DNA from: Telmatocola sphagniphila
GTDB taxonomy: Bacteria; Planctomycetota; Planctomycetia; Gemmatales; Gemmataceae
NCBI RefSeq assembly: GCF_018398935.1
Contig: NZ_CP074694.1
Span: 5,370,001-5,402,000, forward strand
DNA: 32,000 nucleotides
Direction: 5' to 3'
The notes under the pieces were generated by a model. The model made no database searches. It saw nothing but the letters and a program-made list of their open reading frames with translations, and had not been told where the DNA came from. Below are positions 25,601 through 32,000 of this stretch, piece by piece (the first letter of the stretch is position 1; each line of letters starts with the position of its first letter). Position numbers and translations under genes: made by a program.

Positions 25601-28181
25601 GGCGAACTTCCCGAACACGGCCACGGTCAGCGCTACCAATGAAGCTACCAGTCTGCAAAATTCCACCGCTACCGCTTCGGTGACGGTACTTTCGCCCGAT
25701 GTGACTGTGACCAAGACGGCCGATGCCGCGGGCCTGACCGCCGGTCAAACTGCCGGTTTCACCGTAACGATCACCAACACCGGTCTGGCACCGGCGCAGG
25801 GCGTTACCCTCACCGATCCGCTGCCGGCTCTGGGCGGCACGAATCTCTGGTCGATCGATACCACCAAGGGTAACCCCGCCGCCTTCCAGTTAAGCGGCGC
25901 TGCCGGCGCGCAGACCCTGTCGCTGGTCGGAACCCCGACTCTGGCCGCCGGGGCCAGCCTGACGTTGCACATCACCGGTGTGACGACTACCTCGAATCTG
26001 ACACTGCCCAACACGGCCACGGTCAGTGCGACTAACGAAGCCCCGCCGCTGCAAAATCAGAAATCCACCGCAACTATCACCATCGGCACGCTGTCGATTG
26101 GCGATTTCGTGTGGAAAGATCTGAACGACAACGGCATTCAAGATACCAATGAGCCGGGCGTTCAGGGGGTCAGCGTCGAGTTGTTGAGCGGAACCACTGT
26201 TCTGCAGACCACGACGACCGATGCAAACGGCAAGTACCTGTTCACCAACTTGAGTGCGGGAACTTACACGGTCGAGTTTGTACCCAGTACATTGCCCGCC
26301 GGTTATGTCTTTACCAAACCGAACGCAACAGGCTCAACGACGGCGAATGACAGCAACGCCAACGTAACTACGGGTCTCACGGCACCGATTACACTGACCA
26401 ACGCTTCGGACCTGACTGTCGATGCCGGTCTCGTAGCTGTGTCCAGCCTTGCGGGTAACGTCTACGTCGACAACAACAACAACGGCGTTCGAGATTCTGG
26501 GGAAGCGGGCATTCCTAACACGACCCTGACCCTGACCGGAACCGACGATCTGGGCAATGCCGTCAGCAAGACGACTTTGACCGCTTCGGATGGTACGTAT
26601 AGCTTCCCGAATCTGCGACCGGGCAATTACACGATTACCGAAACGCAGCCCGCGGGATTCCAGAATGGTAAGGACGCGGTCGGCAGCGCGGGTGGGACCT
26701 TGGGCAACGATGTTCTTTCGAACATTACCCTGGCTCCCGGCGTCAGCGGCATCAACTATAACTTCGGGGAAATCAACACAACCGATATCGCGGTGACTCA
26801 AACCGTGAGCAAGGCGCTGGTCAACGTCGGCGACATCGTCGATCTGACGTTCGTCGTCAAGAACAACGGTCCACTCGATGCCTTGAATACCAAGATGACC
26901 ACGCCCTTGCCCACCGGTCTGGTCTTCCAGAACGTGGTCAGCGGTCCGGGTCAGGGCACTTACGACCCATCCACGGGTATCTGGAATCTGGGCACTCTCC
27001 AAAACGGCGTCAGCACCACCTTGGTAATCGCCGTCCAGGTGACTCAGTCGGGAGTCTTCACGAACACGGCCGTTGTCTCGACTTCGAATCCGGAGACGAC
27101 TTATGTGAATAACGTCTCTCCGATCACCATCAGCACGATTCAAGGGGCTTCGAAGCAACAGTTCCTCAGCTCGCAACCCACCAGTCCCGGCGGCTCGGTA
27201 TCCAACCTGCAACCGCCTAATCCGGGGGCTCCCTCGGTGGCTAGCGACGCGATCATTGTGACGGGCGTGGCCAGTGGAGCTGCTCCGTTGATTCAGGTCT
27301 TCAATCGAGCCACGGGTGCTCCGCAGCTGAGCTTCCTGGCCTTTAGCTCCGGCTTCCTCGGCGGCGTCAGCGTCGCTCTGGGCGATGTAAATGGCGACGG
27401 CGTGGCCGACATCATCGTCGGGGCCGGTATCGGTGGACAAGGTCACGTCGAAGTGTTCGACGGTTCGACGGGCCAACTGATTCGCAGCTTCCTGGCGTTC
27501 CCGGGCTTCAACGGTGCCATCACGGTGGCCTCTGCGGATATCAATGGCGATGGCCATGCCGATATCATCGTCGGAGCCGGTGCGGGTGCACCCGGTGGCC
27601 ACGTCGAAGTCTTTGATGGGGCTTCCACCACTTCGACTCCCGCTATGCTGGCCAGCTTCTTCGCCTACGACCAGGGTTACCTGGGCGGTGTGAACGTCGC
27701 GGCCGGTGCTTTGGTGGCGGGCCAGAATCCGGATGTCATCACCGGATCGGCGGAAGGTGCTACCCATGTGAAGGCGTTCTCGATCAGCGGCGGAGTGGCT
27801 ACTCAAATCCGTAGCTTTATCGCTTTCGCGGGTAATGCTTCGGGTATCGCAGTTGCTGCTGGAGATACCACGGGCAGCGGTCATGCCAACATCATCGTCT
27901 CGACGACCTCCGGCTCCTCGGCGGTCGGAATTTTCGATGGAACCACTTCGAATCTGGTTCGCTCGTTCACCGCATTCCCCGGTACGAACGCCGGGGCCTT
28001 CGTGGCGGCTGCCGACGCGAATGGCGATGGTAAGGCCGATGTGATCGTCTCGGGTGGTCCCGGTTCGGCTTCTCAGGTCAAAGTGTTCGATGGCCCGACC
28101 GGTTCGCTGCTGGATAGCTTCCTGGCCTACAACAGCTCCTTCACTGGGGGAGCCACTGTGGCGGGCGTCCGTCAGGTCTAG
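22671..28181 (+). CDS. Giant (1836 aa) cell-surface/adhesin-like protein: SdrD-B/Cna-B-like folds, DUF11-type repeats, C-terminal FG-GAP/VCBS repeats
   Basis: GAGG 7 nt upstream of the ATG. SdrD-B-like units (e.g. GDFVWKDLNDNGIQDTNEPGVQGVSVELL...TTTDANGKYLFTNLSAGTYTVEF). Three tandem DUF11-like units plus a fourth. FG-GAP units (GDVNGDGVADIIVGAG..., ADINGDGHADIIVGAG..., ADANGDGKADVIVSGG...). Confidence 0.95.
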   Translation: MRWLRKSLSQAVQKSLRLPSPTRKNHLHVQELESRDVPSVSGLVFRDYNANGVLDSREPGVAGVTVTAYDINNNVVGTTTTTTNGTYNLNFATVSNRPLRLEFTNYASYLQPGAQGASAGTDVQFVIDGATGVNFDLNNPLDYAQAASQLTIATQEYVYGNQLTGANANSPVLVSFNYNAAGPANNGGSPYTVLATAKQIGTTWGETYQNTSNTIFVSAFMKSYAGFGPGGPGAIYAVNTVTGQVTLLYTVQNVGTDPHPTDATNDANWFNDVNSFDSVGKVGLGGLQISADGRSLYTVNLNTNQLVVIPITASGAFDGGRSVQTFNIPNPNAALGAARAGDIHAFAVALNDGTIYVGEVDSAQSSQKASDMAAYVYAFNPATNTFNTTPVLNFPLNYNRGDVNVVSGISATWNPWISSWNQSLALNAGNPLFPSYPQAMLTGITFDNGSMVLGFRDRWGDQTGYKVGAPIAGDNTQYSGIAGGDILRASQNLNGNGVPNGTFTIEPLTYPPQTNVTKYYTGANYQNFHDDIAEGGVVQVPGFSDVITSAFDPIQGGSKYTGGVIHLNDTTGVRVAGADYQLYDGSNLAAFGKANGIGDVVALQSPAPIEIGNRVWADTNGDGIQEAGEPGINGITVDLLLNGNVIQTATTSNGGQYYFTGLLPNTNYQVRIDPNQTTLTNDGLTTLTQANVGSATDPNINSKATLVGGLAVINLTTGGPGNNDYSFDVGFTTPPVANVTVKKVADNPTVVAGAQAGYTLTITNTGPATATGVTLSDPLPALGGNNVWAIDPASTNAGSFTITGSAGSQSLTFSSSVSTLAVNTPLVVHVVGTTTPTAAAGFTTTLTNTATVNATNETVHNQTSTATVTVLSPDVTVTKTADAATINGGQTAGFTVTINNIGAGTANGVTLVDALPNLGTGTTWQIDNTIGNPASFVLGGTAGAQTLSLVNGTNLAAAGSLKVHITAVSVPGLAPFTANFPNTATVSATNEATSLQNSTATASVTVLSPDVTVTKTADAAGLTAGQTAGFTVTITNTGLAPAQGVTLTDPLPALGGTNLWSIDTTKGNPAAFQLSGAAGAQTLSLVGTPTLAAGASLTLHITGVTTTSNLTLPNTATVSATNEAPPLQNQKSTATITIGTLSIGDFVWKDLNDNGIQDTNEPGVQGVSVELLSGTTVLQTTTTDANGKYLFTNLSAGTYTVEFVPSTLPAGYVFTKPNATGSTTANDSNANVTTGLTAPITLTNASDLTVDAGLVAVSSLAGNVYVDNNNNGVRDSGEAGIPNTTLTLTGTDDLGNAVSKTTLTASDGTYSFPNLRPGNYTITETQPAGFQNGKDAVGSAGGTLGNDVLSNITLAPGVSGINYNFGEINTTDIAVTQTVSKALVNVGDIVDLTFVVKNNGPLDALNTKMTTPLPTGLVFQNVVSGPGQGTYDPSTGIWNLGTLQNGVSTTLVIAVQVTQSGVFTNTAVVSTSNPETTYVNNVSPITISTIQGASKQQFLSSQPTSPGGSVSNLQPPNPGAPSVASDAIIVTGVASGAAPLIQVFNRATGAPQLSFLAFSSGFLGGVSVALGDVNGDGVADIIVGAGIGGQGHVEVFDGSTGQLIRSFLAFPGFNGAITVASADINGDGHADIIVGAGAGAPGGHVEVFDGASTTSTPAMLASFFAYDQGYLGGVNVAAGALVAGQNPDVITGSAEGATHVKAFSISGGVATQIRSFIAFAGNASGIAVAAGDTTGSGHANIIVSTTSGSSAVGIFDGTTSNLVRSFTAFPGTNAGAFVAAADANGDGKADVIVSGGPGSASQVKVFDGPTGSLLDSFLAYNSSFTGGATVAGVRQV
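24882..26087 (+). repeat. Three tandem ~408-nt intragenic repeats encoding DUF11-like domains
   Basis: Unit starts near 24882, 25290 and 25698. The string VTVLSPDVTVTKTADAA recurs (nt 25279 and 25687), as does NTATVSATNEA. Confidence 0.85.
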
Positions 28182-28205
28182 TTCGCAAAGATTATCTGGA
28201 AATAC

Positions 28206-28250
28206 AGAAAGCCGGAAAGAGGCAACTCTCTCCGGCTTTCTTTCGTTTTA
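28206..28250. terminator. Rho-independent-type hairpin terminator between convergent genes
   Basis: agaaagccgga (28206-28216) pairs with tccggctttct (28231-28241). It is followed by tttcgtttta and sits 25 nt after the giant gene stop. Confidence 0.65.
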
Positions 28251-28262
28251 GACTTTAGCGAT

Positions 28263-29348
28263 TTATCGCATGATATACAGAGCGATCACTCCGGTCGCCA
28301 AACCGATGATGATTGCGCCCAGAGTCAGAATGATCAAGTTAGGCTGAGTCGAGGGCTTCTTGACCGGAGCAACCACGGCTTCGGCAACCGGCTCCCCGAC
28401 GACTTGGGCCTTCGACTTGCGCGTTGCCACGGCCACGGCTTTTGCAGCCACGGGGGTTGTGCGGCGAGTAGGAGTGGGCGTCGGTGTGCTCGGCGAACTC
28501 TTCGAACCTGAACGGCTGGGGGCCGGGGAGGTCGTCGAACTGCTTTGCTGAAAGCGCGGCAGAGGTGCAACCAGTTCCGGTGAAACCGAGGTGTTTTCCA
28601 GGTTTTGTTTCCGCGGTTTCTGAGATTTCAGAATACCCAGTGAACTGGCCAGCGAGATGTAGACCTTCGCGGCCGGGCTTTCCGGACTGAGCAGCGTGAT
28701 CGGCTTACCGACCAGCACCGCCTGATTGGCTTCCGGATCGTAAGGTACGATTTCCGCGAACACGTTTTTGCCAAAGCGAGTCCGGAGTTGATGTTCCCAT
28801 TCGGAATCTTCTTCCATCCCTTGCGGCATGGTCAGCAGAATCCCCTTGAGCTGGCAGCTGGCGCCTTCTTTTTGAGCTTCCTGGAGTTCTTCGAGGTAGC
28901 CCGGCAGGGTTCGGTACGCCATCGGTTCGGCGCGAATGACGATCAGCAGGTCGTCGCAAGTGCGGAGTAGGGTCTTGGTTCGGTCGCCCAGCAGAGCCGG
29001 GGGAGAATCGACGAACACCTGCTCGAAATGGTTGTGAAAATCGCTTTCCGGGAATTTCTCCAGGAAGGCTTTCAAATCCTCGTCGGACTGCGAGGTGGCA
29101 GCATAGGGAGTCACAACGTCCAGATTCGGCAGAACGGCTTTCCACCACCAGCCTTTGCCGGAAACCGGATCGGGTTGCCCCCGACCATCTTTGCGGCTGA
29201 GCTTCAGGCAGGCCGAAACGCTACCGAGCGGGTCCGCGTCCACCAGAAGAACCCGTCTACCGGCTGTAGCGGCGATCATCGCCAGATTGACTACAGTGGT
29301 GGTCTTGCCGACGCCGCCTTTTTGGCTCGCTATTAACAGTTTGTGCAT
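28263..29348 (-). CDS. ParA/MinD-family P-loop ATPase with a C-terminal Ser/Thr/Pro-rich linker and a transmembrane anchor
   Basis: Deviant Walker A SQKGGVGKTTT. LLVDADP. Walker B-like VFVDSPP. Then ...SSSTTSPAPSRSGSKSSPSTPTPTPTRRTTP... and the terminal hydrophobic LIILTLGAIIIGLATGVIALYIM. Confidence 0.9.
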   Translation of the reverse strand: MHKLLIASQKGGVGKTTTVVNLAMIAATAGRRVLLVDADPLGSVSACLKLSRKDGRGQPDPVSGKGWWWKAVLPNLDVVTPYAATSQSDEDLKAFLEKFPESDFHNHFEQVFVDSPPALLGDRTKTLLRTCDDLLIVIRAEPMAYRTLPGYLEELQEAQKEGASCQLKGILLTMPQGMEEDSEWEHQLRTRFGKNVFAEIVPYDPEANQAVLVGKPITLLSPESPAAKVYISLASSLGILKSQKPRKQNLENTSVSPELVAPLPRFQQSSSTTSPAPSRSGSKSSPSTPTPTPTRRTTPVAAKAVAVATRKSKAQVVGEPVAEAVVAPVKKPSTQPNLIILTLGAIIIGLATGVIALYIMR

Positions 29349-29387
29349 ATCTCAATTCTCGGGAGGGGGCTTGGGTATTGCTCGCCT

Positions 29388-30071
29388 TTAGGCGATCACC
29401 ATGGTACGGGCTTTGCCAATTCCAATTTTCTTTTTCATTTCGCCGGTCAACTTGGCGTAGGCGGCGCGGGCATCTCCGGGGGGCATGTCGCAGCCGGGAC
29501 GCAGCGGCCATTCGCGCAACTCGGGTTGCATGGGCACCGGCGGCTCGAAGGTGAGGGTCATCTGGCTTTCGCGAAGCTTTTCGAGGGTTCGTTCCTGATT
29601 GGAATCTTCGCCGTCGAAGTGGGTCAGAAGAATGCCCAGGACTTTCAGGTTGGGATTTTCGTCGCGGGCCTGTCGGATGGCCACCGTGGAGCTGGGCAAG
29701 GTACGCAGGCACAGAACGTCGGCCAGACAGGTCAAAAGAACGCCGTCGCAATTCCGCAGAACGTCCTGAGATTCGGGTTCGGTCAGCGGCGGGCAGTCGA
29801 CCACCACGACATCGCATTCGAGGTCGTACCGATCGAAGGTAGGCATGGTGTTGCAGAAGGAGACATTTTTCCAGGGGCAATCGCCTCGGCCGTCGATGGC
29901 GATCATCGAAGCGGCTTTCGTGCGACAGGCGTCAACCAGCAGAACTTTCAGACCGTTTTGCCCCCACAGCCAGGCGATCGCGCAAGCTGTGGTGGTGCGT
30001 CCTGTTCCGCCTTTATGACTGGCTACTGCTAGCCGGTATGGCATCCCGCTGTTCGACACGTCATTCCCCAT
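29388..30071 (-). CDS. ParA/MinD-like paralog with a degenerate P-loop (KGGTGRTT)
   Basis: SHKGGTGRTTTACAIAWLW...VLLVDAC...VVVVDCPP shares its layout with the downstream ParA-like gene, but the GKT lysine is replaced by Arg. The start is at 30071 or the Met at 30044. Confidence 0.8.
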   Translation of the reverse strand: MGNDVSNSGMPYRLAVASHKGGTGRTTTACAIAWLWGQNGLKVLLVDACRTKAASMIAIDGRGDCPWKNVSFCNTMPTFDRYDLECDVVVVDCPPLTEPESQDVLRNCDGVLLTCLADVLCLRTLPSSTVAIRQARDENPNLKVLGILLTHFDGEDSNQERTLEKLRESQMTLTFEPPVPMQPELREWPLRPGCDMPPGDARAAYAKLTGEMKKKIGIGKARTMVIA

Positions 30072-30138
30072 CGAGGTTATGGAAATTACTTTCTACCTCA
30101 GCCTTAATTGCTTCGGCGGAAGGATTCTCCCAGCTATT

Positions 30139-30321
30139 TCAGTCTAAATCGGCTTCCGGCTCAAGAATCGTACGAATGTTCGTCACCAACTTGGTGCATT
30201 GCAGATCTTCGATCGATTCTTCGGCGGTTTCGTCTTCATTCAAGCTGGCAAGTTCAGCTAGACTGTTGTCCAGGCACTCATCTTCCTGTGCTCGAACTTG
30301 ATCCTGTCCATCGGGTTTCAT
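30139..30321 (-). CDS. Possible small, highly acidic protein at the head of the ParA-like operon
   Basis: 60-aa ORF with about one third Asp/Glu. GGAG lies ~9 nt upstream of the ATG. It is co-oriented with, and 67 nt upstream of, the next gene. No family recognised. Confidence 0.35.
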   Translation of the reverse strand: MKPDGQDQVRAQEDECLDNSLAELASLNEDETAEESIEDLQCTKLVTNIRTILEPEADLD

Positions 30322-30863
30322 CTAAGCGACTCCATTACTGACGAAAGATCTCAGGCTGACTATTTCGACAACAACTTTCGGAGCTCTCGACTACTAGTAA
30401 TTTCAAACACCCTATCGGAGTCTTTGAAATTAAAAAATCGCTTCAGGGAAGGGAATTCTCAGTTCCCGATTATGCGGTCGACTGAAATTTCGGGTATCCG
30501 GCGGAATGTTACCGTACGCCCGAATTTTGATTCGGTTACGTACTTAAACGCCCCCACATCTGGCGACTCTAACCCAGCATAGTGCGCTTTTTTTAGTGCG
30601 CGCGTAATTTGTAGATTCCTTTCTGAATTGAATGCCCTCCCGGAAGTTGACAAGTCGTAAAGAGTTGAGGATTTTGGAGATAGGAACGGGCCGCTGGCTG
30701 GAAATTTCCTTCCGAGTGTTCAAAAATAATTTGCTGCCAGCAAAAAAACCGAGCGATTGGGTACCCGAATTGCTGAATAGCCTCGCTCCCGTCGGCAGTT
30801 GAGCGGCGTCCCGCCGACGGTTCCCCAGGCTTTCTCGTTAAACTGCGAACAGTCGATTTCGAA

Positions 30864-31922
30864 CTAGAGAGCGGCCAGAACGGCGTCGGCCACTTCCCGG
30901 GTCTTCGATTTACCGCCCAAATCCGGCGGCATGGTCTTACCTTCCTTTAATACCTGGGCGACAGCCTGGCGAATTGCGGCCGCACAGCTCTCCTCCCGCA
31001 GGTGATCCAGCATCAAGGCGGAAGAGAGCACGGCCGCCAGCGGATTGGCGATCCCCTTTCCGGCAATATCGGGGGCCGAGCCGTGGACCGGTTCAAACAT
31101 ACTGGGGAATTTCTTTTCGGGATTGATATTGGCCGAGCTGGCCAGCCCGACCGAACCGGTGACCATCGCTGAAAGGTCGGTCAGAATGTCCCCGAACAGA
31201 TTGGAGGCCACCACCACGTCGAAGGTTTCGGGCTTGCGCACGAAATCCATCGCCGCCGCATCCACCAGTAGGTGGCGGAGTTTCACATCGGGGTAATCTT
31301 TGGCAACGGCGTTAGCCACATCGTCCCACAATCCGAGGCCGTAGGTGAGCGCGTTCGATTTGGTGATCGAGGTCAGGATCTTCTTGCGCTTGCGGGCAGC
31401 TTCGAAGGCGGCCCGCAGAATGCGATCGCAACCGCGGCGGGTGAACAGCGACACCTGCACGGCCGTATCCGCATCCATGCCTTCGTAGATCCGCCCGCCG
31501 ATGGGGGCATATTCCCCTTCGGTGTTCTCGCGGAAGACCAGAAAGTCGATCGATCCGGGGGCTTTATCTTTCAGAGGGCTCGGCACGCCCTCGTAGAGGT
31601 AGGCAGGTCGCAGATTCACATACTGATCGAATTTTCGTCGCATCGGCAGCAGGAGGCCGTGCACGGTGACTGTCTCCGGCACATCCGGCGAGCCGACGGC
31701 CCCGAAAAAAATCGCATCGTGCTGTTGCAGCAATTCCCAGCCGCCGGGCGGGACCATGTGCCCGGTCTTTTTGTAGTTCTCCGAAGACCAAGGCAGGCGC
31801 TGCCAATCGAACTGGGCGCCGTGCTTTTTCCCGGCCGCATCGACAATGCGAATCGATTCTTCGATGACTTCCGGCCCGATCCCATCGCCACCAATCACGG
31901 CAATTTTATGCATTTTCATCAA
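30864..31922 (-). CDS. Isocitrate/isopropylmalate dehydrogenase-family oxidative decarboxylase, tartrate/D-malate dehydrogenase-like subtype (a LeuB-type role is not excluded)
   Basis: IAVIGGDGIGPEV, LPWSSENYKKTGHMVP, DAIFFGAVGSPDVP, FRENTEGEY, NLFGDILTDL, GSAPDIAGKGIANP. The start is at 31922 or a nearby Met (31913). Confidence 0.85.
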   Translation of the reverse strand: MMKMHKIAVIGGDGIGPEVIEESIRIVDAAGKKHGAQFDWQRLPWSSENYKKTGHMVPPGGWELLQQHDAIFFGAVGSPDVPETVTVHGLLLPMRRKFDQYVNLRPAYLYEGVPSPLKDKAPGSIDFLVFRENTEGEYAPIGGRIYEGMDADTAVQVSLFTRRGCDRILRAAFEAARKRKKILTSITKSNALTYGLGLWDDVANAVAKDYPDVKLRHLLVDAAAMDFVRKPETFDVVVASNLFGDILTDLSAMVTGSVGLASSANINPEKKFPSMFEPVHGSAPDIAGKGIANPLAAVLSSALMLDHLREESCAAAIRQAVAQVLKEGKTMPPDLGGKSKTREVADAVLAAL

Positions 31923-32000
31923 GTTTCCTGTCTGAAGTCCTGACCTTTAATCTCTGAGCTCTCGCGCTCTGGCAGCAAGCCTACCCAGCTTTCCCAGTTC

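Noticed and set aside
22797-27884. Several long minus-strand ORFs (22797-23936, 24414-24935, 25005-25748, 26334-27884)
   Set aside because: All are embedded antisense in the 1836-aa adhesin gene, whose plus-strand translation has clear repeated domains. They are Arg/Gly-rich shadow ORFs.
28334-29880. Alternative-frame ORFs within the ParA-like genes (28334-28570, 28705-29148, 29257-29880, 29343-30032)
   Set aside because: The Walker-motif frames are clearly the coding ones. The alternatives are Arg/Pro-rich shadow frames.
30298-30653. ORFs 30298-30582(+) and 30459-30653(-) in the 540-bp gap upstream of the ParA-like operon
   Set aside because: They overlap each other, are low-complexity and motif-free, and sit in a lower-GC presumed promoter or leader region.
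1-32000. tRNA, rRNA, tmRNA or RNase P genes
   Set aside because: I scanned the intergenic regions by eye for T-loop (GGTTCGAATCC-like) and acceptor-stem patterns and found none. A proper tRNAscan/Infernal run would be needed to be certain.

Overview
This is a chromosomal segment that is G+C-rich by eye (about 55-60%, not computed). Its gene content points to Planctomycetota, probably Gemmataceae-like: a BBP7-type outer-membrane barrel, an ECF sigma factor paired with a Ser/Thr kinase-WD40 protein, and a 1836-aa surface protein with an N-terminal 'LxVxELExRxVPS' motif. Two visibly AT-rich accessory islands (about 380-5200 and 16300-19750) interrupt it. Core genes are a translationally coupled phosphorelay operon (CHASE3 histidine kinase, single-domain response regulator, REC-PAS-PAS-HK-REC hybrid kinase), ispF, a secreted esterase, a GRDP-like/TIGR04222-like membrane protein with a Gly/Cys tail, the ECF sigma plus kinase pair, the BBP7 porin, the giant adhesin, two tandem ParA/MinD-like ATPases and a tartrate/isopropylmalate dehydrogenase-family enzyme. 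The left island starts with the 3' end of an IS200-like Y1 (RayT-type) transposase. It is packed with a family of REP/REPIN-like palindromic elements, with solo copies at 5158 and 16411, and it carries an AT-rich 14-blade WD40 gene. Other observations are a 158-bp duplication of the transposase 3' end, a nested inverted-repeat element at 17.4-17.55 kb, a near-consensus sigma-54-type promoter at 19.65 kb and two hairpin terminators. The ParA-like operon is unusual: one paralog has a degenerate P-loop (GKT to GRT) and the other has a C-terminal transmembrane anchor. I found no rRNA, tRNA or CRISPR array. All functional calls come from motif recognition by eye in the supplied translations; no database search was run.
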